64,000 nt of DNA from Schmidtea polychroa (lineage: Eukaryota): the NCBI GenBank assembly GCA_044892525.1, contig CM097885.1, forward strand, positions 12,836,001 through 12,900,000. Reading direction: 5' to 3'. The position numbers and the translations under genes were made by a program. The notes beneath the pieces were generated by a model. The model saw nothing but the letters and a program-made list of their open reading frames with translations, made no database searches and was not told where the DNA came from. Every line of letters begins with the position of its first letter. Positions within the stretch are counted from its first letter, which is position 1. Positions 49,959 through 64,000 of the stretch are shown here, piece after piece.

Positions 49959-52315
49959 ATGTGAGCCATCTGACACAGAAGCTTCTGATTCGCTGAATAA
50001 AAACACGACTCGTCTGAGCGATAAATCATTAGATGTGTCACGACATTTTGGTATTGGTCAGGTGTGTGTCATCAGTCATAATAGAGATATAACAAAAATG
50101 GTGAGTCATTGCAACATATTTTTTCTGCGGTCAAAAGTGTTTATAATGATCGGAAATGTCTAGTTTTTATTTTGGACAAAACAATATTCCCTCCCCCATT
50201 ACAATTTTTTTACTTTTCCAGAAATTCAATAAAGGACTCCCCCACTATTCAAATAAGTCAAGTATTTTTAAACATGGTTTAAATTTATGTTTTAAGTCAT
50301 TTTTAACATAGAATTTTATCGAGATTTACAAACACACATTAGTCATTTTAATATTTAAATATCTTTTTTAATCATGCTCTTGTTTGCACATTTTTTTGTT
50401 AATCTACATTACTATTATTATTATTATTAAGTGATGATTTCTTGGTAGCAGCATTTATTATAGAAACAAATGGGTTATATGGTCCTCAGTGTCTGTCGTT
50501 CGACTTCAAGATCCTGAAAGAACTTAAACGTACCGGTCTTCCAATTTGGATAGCACATAAATCTTGGACATTGAGAAAAGCTCTGGCAAACAAAACAAAT
50601 AGAGAAAACAATTGCACAGTGAAAACTGCCAGACACTGAAAGATAGATGCTTTAGAAAAAACATCATCTATTGCATCACGTGCAATGTATGCAAGAAAAT
50701 CTACATTGGAAGTACACTCAGGACCTTGCACCAAAGAGTTAAAGAACATATAGATCCTGGTGGAACATCCTCGATAAACAGACATCTCCAACAATGTCAA
50801 CCAACAGAGGAAAGAAAAAATATTTCAATCGAAATCATAGTTAATGGAAACATCCAAAAGAAAAATGTCAGATTCAAAGAAGCAATTCTCATCATAAACA
50901 GACAGCCAAAAATCAACACTAAAGAAGAAATAAATGAAATCATGAATTTGGTTGGTTGAAATTGACCTTGAGAACATCTGATAATATATAAAAAATAAAA
51001 AATATAATAAATTTTAAAAAAAAGTAATAATTAAAATAATATAGAAAATTTTAGGAAATATACTTTCAAAAGATAGGATTTAAAAATCAAAATTGACAAA
51101 TTTATTGAAATATTTAAATAGCGTATATAACTAATATTATTATTTTAAACAATAAAGTGATAATTTAAGCCTTTTTCTGCAAATAATGTATTTAATGAAA
51201 CAATTTTTGACTATAAGATATGCCTTGTCAATCTCCTAATTATTATTATTACAAGAACTTAATTCGAATTTTACTTCAGATTTCTTTTCAAATGGCATTA
51301 CAATTATATAAAAGTTGACTATAAATCAATAAAGATATCAATGTTTACGTATTTTCGGCACATCCGGTTTCTATAAATGACCTTTTTATTATTCATATTG
51401 TTATACAACAAACAATCAAATTCATACATTATTTGTGTAAATAACGAGTCCCTGCCAATATATTTTTATTAAAAAATTATACCACATCAATTTTATTAAA
51501 AGGTTACTCAATGGAGTACCTTCTAATGAAGAAAATGAAAATTAAAAGTAACAGGTTTATGATCCCTGGTATCCTATACTGAGAAGATCACAGAAGAAAA
51601 CCCTATTGATTTTTCTGGTATTTTAAATCAGAAATAGATTAGAGCACAGGAGTACCATTTGAAACTGGTACTCTGTTCACTTTTTGAATCAGGCATGAAC
51701 TGGTCACACTTCATATTGAATTTCATGCATATAAATCAGATTCTTTCCAAATTTCAATCTTTTATGAGAATTATTTCAAATGTTCAGTCGAAGTAATTGA
51801 TTTAATAATTATCTATATAATATCTATTATTTTTAGATTATTCAAGATAAAATATACCCATGGGTTCATCGAAATGGGAATTGGGAAGCGTTAAAAAAAT
51901 CTTAGCAAGAAGCATGAAGAAACCCGAAAAGCAGAATAAACCTTTTAAAGTTGACATATTATGTTACATGAGTATTGGTTACTGAATTATTATTTCGTAA
52001 ATAAATTTTTTAAATTGTGTTTATAAAATCTATTGTTTTATTTATTGTAATATTTTTTTGATTAAAAGACATTTATTATTATTTTTTTTTAAATTTTTAT
52101 AATAGTGTTTTTATTATTAATATTACTATTTTTTATGCACTATCAATGTAAAGAGAAACACAAAACTATAAAATTCAAATAAATATTCATAAAAATTAAA
52201 ATTAATGACTCATACTAAAATGTCCACCGACTCATGACGCATCAAATGATGTATCGCTCGGACGAGTCATGTTTTATTCAGCTAATCATAAGCGACTATG
52301 GTAGATGGCTCACAT
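49959..52315. repeat. Pair of diverged ~85 bp inverted repeats (49959-50044 and 52232-52315), probable old TIR element
   Basis: ATGTGAGCCATCT...GCTGAATAAAA.CACGACTCGTCTGAGCGATA versus TATCGCTCGGACGAGTCATGTTTTATTCAGC...AGATGGCTCACAT. Confidence 0.5.
50442..50959 (+). mobile_element. 5'-truncated Penelope-like retroelement (GIY-YIG endonuclease end)
   Basis: CFRKNIIYCITCNVCKKIYIGSTLRTLHQRVKEH...EAILI...PKIN, with an upstream frameshifted linker. Starts next to an (ATT)n tract. Confidence 0.85.
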
Positions 52316-53268
52316 GCCCCTACTTTGAATATTTGTTTAAATCATTAATATTTTGTATTTGAATTCTCTTATCTGTCGTTTGTTCCTTATATCCATTGAG
52401 CCTCGAGTTGTAAGAATTTTCGAGACGATAATTATTTTTTGCGTTGCCTATTTTCGAAATGCGTCTAATAAGAATAGTTTTAAAATAAAATTTAATTAAA
52501 ATATTGCATAACACTGACTTAAAAAACTTAACCTTTATTTTTAACAAAAATTTGACAAAATTAAACACTTACATGGATTTACGGTGGTTTGAACAAATAA
52601 TATGGTGCCCTATGGATTTGGATCTATTAAAAGTTCACAGGTAATAATATAAATAAAGTTATGAGTTGAAAATAATGTATTGGACTATATATCTATGACT
52701 CCAAAAGTCACTATTTAATAGTTTTTCAGGGTTCAAAAGAAATTTTAATGGTTCCAAGTTTGCTTAAATTTTTGAGAAGAAATTTTTGTCAATAATTTCC
52801 ATTAAATCTCAAAGTGAAATTCTATTTGTATCATTTTTTCCATTTTCATTAGCAATTATTGGAAGGAAATTTCACAATTTCCGAGAAATTAAATATTTTT
52901 TTCGTCAATAAAATTGACTGATTTTCATAAATAAAATAATTTATCGTTTTAAGCTTTTTATTGTTTTAAAAAATTTATCAATGAAGCATTCTGATATTAT
53001 TGCTGATTGTTTTAGGATTTTTGGATTAACGATTATGAACAAAAAATTATTTAAATTAAATTTAATTAATGTTTTAATATTTTTAGAAATTAAATTTGTA
53101 AATAATACAATTATTTATATTTTTCTTTTTTATAGTATATATAATTATTAATTTAAAATATTAAATAATAAAATAAAATAATTCAACTAAAAAATAATAA
53201 ATTTGAGGATGAATATTACAATAATAAATATCAACTGAAATAGCTTTGCCGTAATATATAATTATATT

Positions 53269-53347
<79 letters not shown>

Positions 53348-53856
53348 CCCAGGCATGGTTAACTAATATTTTTAAATATATAATAGACATAATTAAGATA
53401 AAAGTAAACGAAGCGTAGTAATATCCCGAAAAGATAGACAAACATTTAATTAATTAAACCGTTGTGAAATTCCTCATTTGCAGCTTCGACAGATCGTCGT
53501 CATTTACATATTGTCCCTACCCCTCCATCAAGAATTTACTTGTAAGGAATCAACAACTCATTATAACAAATATCAACTCGTTTTACAAAATAAAATCTAA
53601 TTTAATTTCCCGGTAGAAATTTCTTTGATTAAAAAATGATGGCAATAAATATTTGCCCACAGGCGTTCGGACATTGCAATCATAACAAGTGTGAGACTGT
53701 CCAGTCCAATAAAATGATAATTTCATTTTTATTCATTTTTCATTTAGAAAAACCCCCAAAGGCTTCAAGCTATACGAAATAAATTTAATTGATAAAATAA
53801 TTGTAAATAATTTATTTTTTATTTATACTTTTATTGTTAATAAAAGTTTAAGCTTT

Positions 53857-53913
<57 letters not shown>

Positions 53914-54852
53914 TTTAATAATAATATTAATAATATTAAACAATAATGCAAAATATATATTCTAAGAACTTTTTTGCAAGTTTCACCACTGATTTCTTTT
54001 CAATTGACATTGCATTTATTTAAAAGCTTGACTATGAATCAGTAATATATCGATGTTTTTCATATATTTACTGATTCATAGTCAAGTTTTTTTAATAAAT
54101 ACAATGACAAAATATATACAAAATATTTTTTCTATGATTCACATGTTGTCCATTTCCAAGTTTTATCTTTGAACTACTTTATAAATAAACTTCCAATTAA
54201 AACATTTTAATAAATGGAAGCCTTTTAGCCAGGTCTTTGCGTAACTAACACATTGTATTGAATTACGCAATATACTCTGAACTGCTTCCCATTTGGTCCT
54301 TGGCCTCTAATGTAATATCATTACTAACATTAACCCTTTAAAGGTGGAAATAGTAAGTTTTGTGTGAGCCCTTTAGCACAGCCATTAAAAAACAAAATAT
54401 TAATTTTTCGATTTGAAAAAAAGTGATTAAAAAATCTTTAGTTATTTTAATTCTTTGATTTGTAAATAAAATGAAATTAATCTTTTGACTTTGGAATTTG
54501 TCTTTGAAAAAAAAATTTTAAGATGTAAAACCTTTTTAAATAATCTTTCATCTTTTATAAAAGAATCTGAAAATTGAAAATATTTTTGTTTTAATTCTTA
54601 ATAATAAATGTATTATAATAATAAAAATGAAAATCATTTTGAAGCGCACTATTCAATAAGGGAAAATTAAGAAATGGAACTTACCATTTCAAGTCACCAG
54701 ATAAATCAGTTTTGGGAGCGCCTCAAGAAATTCAGAAAACTATTCCAAATGTAATTAAAAATAAACTTATTGATAAATTTTATCAGATAAAAAGTTATTT
54801 TCATTTTGAATGCGTGGGACAAATTCCTAATTCAGTTACTCATGATAAAATA

Positions 54853-55688
54853 CACCCATTTGCACTGAATAAACGCGTCTATAATGTAAAAATAAAATCA
54901 ATACGTGTATATTATATAAACATACAAACTTACCTGTGTGTTAATTTTTAGCATTGCAATGAATAAACGCATTTAATATAGAAAGTGAGAAAGTGGTAGA
55001 AAAAATAAACTGACACACAAAAACACAACACATAGTATAAAAATGCATGCAAATTTTCGATATGTAGAATCGCTGTAATGACAAAATGCACTATAATAAA
55101 TCATTTACAGACATTTTTAGAAATTTTTAGAAAAAAATGACCGATACAATTTTGACGAAAATTCCGAAAACTCAACTTTGAGTTGTATAGATAATAAAGA
55201 CGTTATTTCGTAAGATTTATCTTCAATTTTTAATAAATTTATTATTAGTTATTTTAATAAAACATGACAATTCGACTAATTAATCCCTTTAAAAATGTTT
55301 ATTTATATTTAAAAATATATTTGACTTACATTATATCGAAATAATTCCAAATAACCTCATAAAATTTCATAAAAATCCTAAAAGAAATCCTAAAAAATTA
55401 ATTAAAAATAATTTATAATAAAAAATATCGATAAAAAGTATTATTTAAGAGCTTGAATAATGATCTCATATCTATATGGATCAAAATTCAAACCTTAAAG
55501 TTTACTTTAACTAAAATAAAATTACTTGAAAGCCATTTCTAAAATGGCTAAATAAGTAGTTACACCAACCGGCAATTGATTACTGAATTTATTACTGCAC
55601 AAAAAATTCAATCACAAATAATGACGCATCTATAATATGGGTTGTACATATCAACCCATATTATGCTTTTATTCAGTGCAAACCGGTG
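54853..55688. mobile_element. Tc1/mariner-like non-autonomous element
   Basis: TA-CACCCATTTGCACTGAATAAA ... TTTATTCAGTGCAAACCGGTG-TA: ~22 bp TIR with TA flanks. Confidence 0.7.
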
Positions 55689-55719
55689 TAGCTTTAATAC
55701 AGAATAGCTTATTTTCATT

Positions 55720-56260
55720 TCTAAAGGATGATCCTTTGTGGTTGCAAGTTTCATCTTGGAGCTGTATTTTCGACAAACTTAATTAAATAAACGAGCTCAA
55801 GAAACTTTCATCACCATCTCTAACGAGGTTAAAGGATTTGCGGAAAAACTGAGATTTTGAAATTCAAAAATTAGCAAATCAAATTTTGAATCTTTTCCGA
55901 CGGTCAACTCGTCCGAATCTCGAGGTTACATAAATGGAATGCGTAATCAACCCATTTTGGAGGGTGAATCAAACAATCTTGAAGAAGGGCTAGAAGAAAA
56001 CTTTATTGATTTGAAAAATGATAGTTTTCAAAAGAATCTTAGATGAAAATGAGTTGTCAATGTTCTGGATATCTTTGAGAAGCAGAAATTATATAATTTT
56101 TGTTGGGTTTTGGAGGCATTTATCTTTGCGAGCTTGGATTTTCTACATTCAAAAAAAGCTCAAAAAACTTCAAATGGTCAATAAAAAAATGTGTATTTGT
56201 CTTTCAGAAATTGAATCTTGCATCAATCAAGCAAGAGAAGCAATCTCAAATTTCGCATTG
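55720..56260 (+). mobile_element. Decayed C-terminal fragment of a Buster/SCAND3-like hAT transposase
   Basis: IFDKLN, FPT, LEENFIDLKND...LSMFWISL and YLCELGFS in broken frames. Confidence 0.55.
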
Positions 56261-56532
56261 ATTAACAAAAAATATTTGTTGATAAAAATTCTTTCATACT
56301 GCTGATAAAATTTTGTTTTGTCTTGGAGTGCGGCAATGGTAAAAAGGCACTGAGATAAATAAATAATAAACAAATAGTAAAATATTATAAAAAATGGTCT
56401 TATAAATGTTAAAAAATAATATATTACTCTAAATATCTGTAAATTCATGAATAAAATTGTAGGCAAAATGATATCAATTTGTCTTTTTATAAAGATTTTT
56501 AATCTTAATTATCTTTTTGTCATTAATTCTAG

Positions 56533-56694
56533 ATTTATCATATCTAAAAGCATTAAACTAAACGGATTGGATATTTCTGATTTACAATCTTGCAAAGCAC
56601 AAAAAAATCTTTGTCCATTTATAATTGACTCTTTAAGGATTCTTAAAGAGCTTCATAAGAACAATGATCGAGTCATACTTTTCCATGGAACCCA
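56533..56694 (+). CDS. NMDA-type receptor subunit, coding exon 3 (ATD)
   Basis: Acceptor TTCTAG|A completes the Arg codon (phase 2). FIISKSIKL...LKELHKNNDRVILFHGT. Donor CA|GTGAGA, phase 2. Confidence 0.75.
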
Positions 56695-56710
56695 GTGAGA
56701 ATTCATTTTA

Positions 56711-56783
<73 letters not shown>

Positions 56784-57063
56784 ATTATTGTATGACGCTA
56801 TAAGTTAAATTTTTTTAAGAAATTAAGAACTGAAACATGCAATATTAATACTAACGTTTTTCCAATTCTGTAATCTATAAAACGGAGTATTATTAGTCTA
56901 AGTGACATTATAGATACAAATTACATACATACTTATGTCAAAACATTCTCGCAAATTGACTATAAATCAGTAAAGATATCGATCTTTCTTTGATATTCAA
57001 AAATTTTCGGAATAGCCTTTTTAAAGTGATATTTTATAATAATTGTAATAATAATATTAATAA

Positions 57064-57225
<162 letters not shown>

Positions 57226-57554
57226 TAATATGTTGCAATTGAGTGTTCAGAAAAAATAATATTGGATATGATAATAATAAAATCATATGGATAAGCCTTA
57301 AGTTAATAGAAAAACAAATTGTGAAAATATTTAATACTAAATTTTCCTGGTTTAATATTTTCCCAAAAAATGATTAATAATTATCCTTGGGGATATTCAA
57401 CTAATACCGGTAAAGTTTTCTGTCACTTTAATTCTAATTTCTACCAAAATTAATTATAATTTAATTAAATAAATTTAATTTTAATCTTTGAAATTGATTG
57501 GAAATTTTATTATATTTTCTATGTTGAGTTTTTTAGTAAGAAATTATTTTCCAG

Positions 57555-57778
57555 ATATGAATTGATGCAACTTATTAGTGCAGTGAAGGAATACGCAGTT
57601 GACAAAAGCAGTTATTTAAATGAAATGTTTGGATCAAATTATATTTGGCTTTGTAGTCCAGCCTTGATGTCTCCCGTGAAAATCGGCACGAGGAGCGAAT
57701 CCATTAATCCTGACCTTTTTGTGATCAAAGGTTCGTGGAAAGTGGGCAAAGTTAATTTGCAAATTCCTGGAATGTTTG
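57555..57778 (+). CDS. NMDA-type receptor subunit, coding exon 4 (ATD); gene continues beyond window
   Basis: Acceptor TTCCAG|A completes the Gln codon. MFGSNYIWL and IPGMFG match ATD G.NYVW and P.GM.G motifs. Donor G|GTATAA. Confidence 0.78.
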
Positions 57779-57917
57779 GTATAATTTTATTTTTTATTTT
57801 TGTTTAATTTGATTGTTTAATTCATAAATGCTTACTTAAACGTCACTAACTATTCTGTTTGTTTAATCCAATTAATTGTCCTATTAATACGAATTTTTCG
57901 AAAATGCCACTTTTATG

Positions 57918-57998
<81 letters not shown>

Positions 57999-58001
<3 letters not shown>

Positions 58002-61000
58002 GCCATAACAGAGGGTGGACCATGAGGGCCATTTGGCTCAGGCCCCGAGTTGTGAACGGGCCTCTATTTATTTCCTAATTTGGTCACAGTAGGTGCGGAA
58101 AAATTAAGTTGAAATATTATTTTGAGTATTAATTTATTTTATTTTAACCAAAGATTTATAAAATATAACGATACAATAGTTATAGTAAAAATTTCAAGTT
58201 ATTGTTATATGTATGTATAAAACTTTTTAACGTAGTAGGCCAATTGCATAAAAAAGAATATTTAATTTTCAATTATTAAAAATTTAACTATATTTCCTAT
58301 TCAGTACAATTTTAATTTTCCTATTGAGTATAGCTTTTGGTTCTATAAATTTTAGTGATTATAAAATTAGTATTTTTTTTATTGTTTAGTGATATTTGTA
58401 ATCTGTAAGCTTAAATGGAGTTAATATTAAAAATAGTTCTATTTAATTCATAAGTAATTAATTTTAGGAATATAATGAAAAGAACATATCCGAGTGGCGC
58501 AAGCAAGAGACGACAGAAAAAAGAACAAGCCAAGCAAAGTCTGTCACGATTAACGAAATTCTTTAATAAAAAAACATCACTGCACAGATTATCAATCAAA
58601 CAGTCAATCCTGAAAATGAAACTACTCATGCTATTTCACAAATGGCAAATGTTATTGCTGATGTTGATACTCAAATTTCGGTGGTTGAAAATATAACTTC
58701 AGAACAAATAGAAGATTCTTTGTCACCATTACAGATAATTGTTGATGATACAAACATGGAAGAAAATTACGTGTCATCCAATCTACCCAATATTCAAGGA
58801 ATTGAAGCAACAACTTCAATACCTGTTTTCAACGATGACGTCGCCTTACTTAACAAGAAAAATATAATGCAAATGGAAGATTCTTTGAAAATTGAACATT
58901 TTAAAATACCTGAAAACATCCCAAATGATGCTGAAAACAATAAATTTCCATATCGTCTGACGAAGAAGGTTTTAGCGAATGGAGAAATTTGCAACAGAGA
59001 TTGGCTATGCTGGAGTAATTCAAAAAAATCATTATTTTGTTTTCCGTGCTTCCTACAAGATACGAACTTTGATGCATCAGTTCTCGGTAGCCAATCAGGA
59101 TGGGATATTTTAAGAGGATGGAGGAAATTGAAAGATCGCGTACCCGCACATGAAAATTCAATTATTCATAAAAAAAATTATGTCCATTGGAAATCAGCAA
59201 GTAGATCTGCATTATTAAAGTCGTCATTAGGATCATCTCTACTGAAACAACTAAACTGTGAGTCAAGTAATTGGCAGAAAGTTCTTCACAGAATTTTGGA
59301 TGTTATATTTTTCCTAAGTGAGCGTGGTTTGGCATTATTTGGTTCTAATGAGAATATTGGAAATTCGCGGAATGGAAACTTTTTAGGTATCATAGAATTG
59401 CTCAGTAAGTATGATCCAGTTTTATACGAACATGTAAAAAGTGTTCGTGAGTCACAAGACAAGCACAAACGTCTTCAAGTTCATTATTTATCATCAAGAA
59501 TTCAAAATGAATTCATTCAGATTTGTGGAAAATTTGTGCAAAGAAAAATTATTGAAGAAATTCTTGATTCTAAATATTTTTCTATTATTTTGGATGCGAC
59601 ACCAAACTGCTCACACCAAGAACAAACGTGTCTTTTAATTCGTTATGTAAAAATAATAAATAATGCATCGTATTCAATTGAGGAAAGATTTATTACATTT
59701 GAATCATTTACACAAAAAAGAGGAATTGAAATCGCTACACGAATTATTGAAATTCTTGAAAATTTTGGCCTTGATTTTAAATTATGCTTTGGGCAAGCAT
59801 ATGATAATGGTGCTAATATGGCAGGACAGTATAACGGTGTACAAGCTGTGCTGCTTGAGCGTAATCCGAATTGCATTTTTTCCAGTTGTGGAAATCATAC
59901 TCTTAATGTTGTTGGAGTTGACTCTGCTGAATCATCTAAAGAAGCAGTTACATATTTTGGGAGAATTCAACAGATGTATAATTTTTTTAGCAGCAGCCCT
60001 AGAAAGTGGGAGATTTTAAAGAAATATTTAGCTGTGTCACTTCACACAATATCAAAGACAAGATGGTCTGCTCGAATTGATGCTGTTAAACCAATTTACA
60101 ATAATCAGTCAAATATTCTGGCTGCTTTAGAGGAGTGTAAGTCACTAAACTTTCCACCGCACGCACGTACCGAACTTCAGTCAATTTTTCAATATTTGGA
60201 TACATTCGAATGCATTGTGTTGACAACAATATGGCTTGAAATATTAACGTTATTGCAACAAACTAATTTAATTATTGAAGCACGCAATGCAACACTTGAT
60301 GTAGAAATGGAAAATATTAACAATCTTATTGCAAGGATGAAGATAATGCGTGAAGAGTGGGGCAGATTACTCTTAAGTTCAAAAGAGATTGCCGTACTTT
60401 CCAAAATTTCAACTGATTTTCAATTAACTCGTCATATTAGGTCACAGTTTGATGCTGAAGAACATTATAGAGTTAATGTTTTTATATACATTATTGATTC
60501 GGTTATTTCAGGCTTGACACGTCGCTTTGAGTCTTTACGCAAAATTTGCCAGACTTTTGGATTCCTTTGGACTTTTCAAACTTCATCAGATGAGGAAATA
60601 AAATCGAGAGCAAAAAATATGCACTTAAAATATCCAAAGGAAATTTCAAATGAAATATGTGATGAAATAATATTTTTAAAAAATATTTTTGAAGTAAACT
60701 TTGATATAGAATCATCTCCAGCTAAGTTGCTGCTAAACATTTTAGAAAAAAACCTAATTGGATTGTTTCCAAATATATCAACAGCTTTAAGAATATTTTT
60801 AAGTCTACCTGCCTCCGTTGCTTCAGCGGAACGCAGTTTCAGTGTGTTGAAAAGGGTTAAAAATTTTAACAGATCGGCAATGAGCCAAGAACGGTTGAAT
60901 GGGCTAGCCATTTTACATATAAATTAAGATATTGCACGAAATATTGATTTTTCAACTACTATAAAAGATTTTGCTACAACTAAAGCTCGAAAAGCTTATT

Positions 61001-61138
61001 TGTAATTTAATTATTAATTTCATACTTTTTAAATAAATTAAAAATAATAAAAGAACTATGTAAATTTGTTTTTTTTTATTCAAACCAGAGGCCCCATATG
61101 TTTTATTGGCCTGCGCCCCCTCTCAGCTCTGCAAGGCC

Positions 61139-61141
<3 letters not shown>
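57999..61141 (+). mobile_element. hAT (Tip100/ZMYM1-like) DNA transposon, 3,143 bp, inserted in (TA)n
   Basis: Imperfect TIRs CAGG-CCATAACAGAG / revcomp CAGGGCCTTGCAGAG, (TA)n on both sides and an internal transposase. Confidence 0.9.
58475..61005 (+). pseudogene. hAT transposase (TTF-type Zn finger, DDE, hAT dimerization domain) with one frameshift and one late stop
   Basis: MKRTYPSGASKR start, frameshift in the A7 run near 58568-58574, RDWLCWS..LFCFPC, ILDATPN, YDNGANMAG, TRWSAR and ASAERSFS. TAA at 60925-60927 precedes the conserved tail DIARNIDF..KDFATTKARK, which ends at 61005. Confidence 0.9.
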
Positions 61142-61187
<46 letters not shown>

Positions 61188-64000
61188 TGATAGGATAATC
61201 CACAAAAATAATTTTATTTTGTATCTGCAATTAATTGATTTGAAATATTAATTCTCAAAAATATATAATTGTTTTAATTTATTAATTAAAAATAATCAAA
61301 AGAAAATTCATATAAAAATCCCTAATCCCCAAAGGGAAATAAGAAAGTAGATATTTTTGTCTGAAAGTTTCAGCTATTTTTTTGTAAATTTGTCTAAATG
61401 ACAAATTTTAAATAATACTATTTTCAAAGTTCACTTTGAAAAATTCTATATAAAATTCAATTAATTATTTAAATGCCTATATAAAATTAATTAAAGAATT
61501 CTATCAGCAAAGTGCAAACTAGTTTTTACTAAAAATATCATTAAATTATTAAATTAATTTCAGATTAAAATGTCAAAAGAAAAATAATTGATTTATCATT
61601 TTTGTTTTCATTTCCGAAAGTTTTCTCTACTATAAATACGTATAAATAGAAAAATAATTTAATATTTTATTCATTTTAATATTGGAATCAATTAATTAAA
61701 TTTTCTTAAAAAAATATGAATAATCTAGAATATTTTTTTTATTTTGAGAATTAAAGGAATATATTTTTTTATGTTTAAAACTTTCAAATAAATAAAATAT
61801 CAAAAAAAAATAATAATTTTATATATTATTAAATTTTTGGTTTAATTTTCATTTAATGTTTCCAAATTAAATCTGCTATAAGCACTTACGTGTTATATTT
61901 TATAATTTGATAGAAAATACATCAACGTGGAATTAACTTAAAATTATGTTCTCCTTTGCAATTGTGATAAGTGTGGGTAGAACTGGAGGTATTTAATATG
62001 CATTCCGTACTTATCTAGTGGTTCTGATTGCATGTTATCAAAAAGTAAGTCAGTATACATCGGTTATCATACACATCTATCTTCTTATAGCAGATTGAAT
62101 TTGGAAATAGTGCAATATATTATCATATTCTGAATGAAAACATAATGCAATCAAAATATTTTGCATTTGTAATAAGATGCCACGTACCATTCTATTATCA
62201 TATAAAATATTATACTTCATTTAAGATCACAGTTTATTTTCCGGTTTACAGAATATATAAATCTTCCACTAACAGATTATCTGTATTTTATTAATTATTT
62301 CGGAAGATGATACTTTTTGTTACAGAAATTTATTCTGTATTTCTTCAAACATGTATTTTCATACATTTTTGTATATATTTATGTATGGGTCTTATAAAAA
62401 TGAACGAAAGTAATATCTATTGAAATTTAATTAGGAAAAGTATTTTATGAAAGATAACTAATGTCAGGCTGGATAATTAGAAAACATAACAGGAATTTTC
62501 AGACCTTCTAGGCAAGGAACAATTTTGCTCAATCGAACTTGATATTTTGAGGTTAATTATTCTATTGAGAAATATCCTAACATTTAATTATATTGGGAAT
62601 TCAAACTTGTCTTGGTCTGGCTTTTCATGTTCAGTCAAAATAAATAATAATATCCCAACAAAATAACTTTTATTCAAATAAAAATTATATACACTTTGAT
62701 AGATCAACATTTAACAATTGCACGATAAACACTCAGTGAATGTCACTTTCAATATCAAAAAACATCTCCCGCAAAAATATTGATTTTTTTTTAATATTTA
62801 ATTAGTTTTTAATTTAATTTTAATAATTTACAATTTTCCATTTTATTGATAAATTTAAATGTTACTCTGACTCCAAGTGTGTCTTTATACGATTCACAAA
62901 TAACACTTGACAACAGAAATCTTTATTGATAATCACAAATAAACTTTCTTTTCACAGTGTAAAGTCTACACTGACAATCAATTCAACACTCTGCTTGGTG
63001 ACTATACAATGCTTATTACAATACTCGGTGAGGAATAGTACTTGCGTATAACACCGGATTAAAAGATCAGAAATTACTGATTGGTTTATCAACTGAGACT
63101 TTGAGCTGGTTGTTTTCTTTGACCTTCTTCACAACTTTATTCAAATACTCTTCGTTTTATTTTTCAACTAATTCTTTTATTCAAATCTTCTCCAACAATT
63201 ATTCTTCACAAATTATTTTCTTAAAAATTATTCTTCACAAATCGTTTTCCAATAACGTTTGTTCGACTTGTCCAATTTTCTCTCTATTCTCGTCTCACTT
63301 TTGTATCAATTTGTCTCTCACGTTTCGTCTCAATTTACGTCACTCTTTGTCTCTAATTTTGTCTAATTTTGTCTCTGCTAGTATTTCTTTATATAATTTG
63401 CTTCTATTGTGGCACTCAAGATAATCAAGTGTTTTTCCACTTTTTTTCTCCAGCTTTACCCGACTGTTCCATTTTTATCTCTGACGGCTGTCAAGTTATT
63501 TTATCTTTTTCCTTTTTTGCTTAACTTTTCTGCTATCACTGACAAGCTGTCGAGATAAGAATATTGTTGTTTTCCTTTTTTCCCGATTCCAAAATTCCTT
63601 TTCCTTTTTGTACTAATTAATTAGTATTGACCTTGGTTTTCCTTTTCCTGTTTGATTCCTTTTATTTCCTTTATCTTTCTCATTTTGAATTTCTTTATAT
63701 TTCCGTTTCCTTTTCTGAGTCTCTATAGATCGTCCCGTTTGTCATGGCGATCTTCCCCAGGTAATTTTATTTATTTCTTTGTGAATTGTTATTTAGGTAT
63801 CCTCAACAATTTCATAAATTTTTGTATATCCCCAACAACTGCAACTGATTTCAATATTTATACCAAAGAAATAATATTGTTTACTAAATTCTTTTTACAT
63901 AAAAAAACATAAATTATTTTTCAGAATTTTTTCAAAAATTAATGTTGCAATTTTGTTTTAATTTGATTTTTAATCCCAATGAAAATAAATGAAATGTTAA

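Noticed and set aside
58562..58578. Programmed -1 frameshift in the hAT transposase
   Set aside because: The A run is not in X XXY YYZ register and no stimulatory structure is evident. More likely a homopolymer indel.
62690..63900. Possible reverse-strand LTR and gag-like region (pyrimidine-rich plus strand)
   Set aside because: Compositional hint only; no open frame, primer-binding site or defined termini could be established.

Overview
Very AT-rich metazoan genomic DNA, rich in (AAT)n and (TA)n microsatellites and transposons. Two host genes are visible. One is an intronless RJL-family small GTPase lacking a J domain (11035-11625). The other is the first four coding exons of an NMDA-type (GluN2/Nmdar2-like) glutamate receptor subunit (22523-57778, continuing beyond the window), joined with matching intron phases. 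Its 24.9 kb first coding intron holds a full-length 14,130 bp Polinton/Maverick (adintovirus-type endogenous virus, 24461-38590) with AGTAGT termini, identical 143 bp TIRs and a 6 bp TSD GAAAAG. The element encodes protein-primed PolB, a PX-like membrane protein, a fibre-like protein, penton, adenain protease, a PZ-like core protein, a pX-like protein, a packaging ATPase, a PLA2-like/integrase fusion and the major capsid protein. The most striking unexplained signal is in its non-coding ends: five tRNA-like RNA polymerase III units (A box, B box, oligo-T), all facing outward. One heads a ~360 nt multi-helix RNA ending in a pre-miRNA-like hairpin, suggesting a VA-RNA/TMER-like non-coding RNA system in a Polinton. 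Other items are two covarying minimal hammerhead ribozymes, a TGT..ACA element carrying a GDAP2-like macro-domain fragment nested in a hAT transposase, several hAT/MULE/Tc1-type elements, a Penelope fragment and Gypsy remnants. All family assignments come from motif recognition by eye; no searches or folding programs were run.
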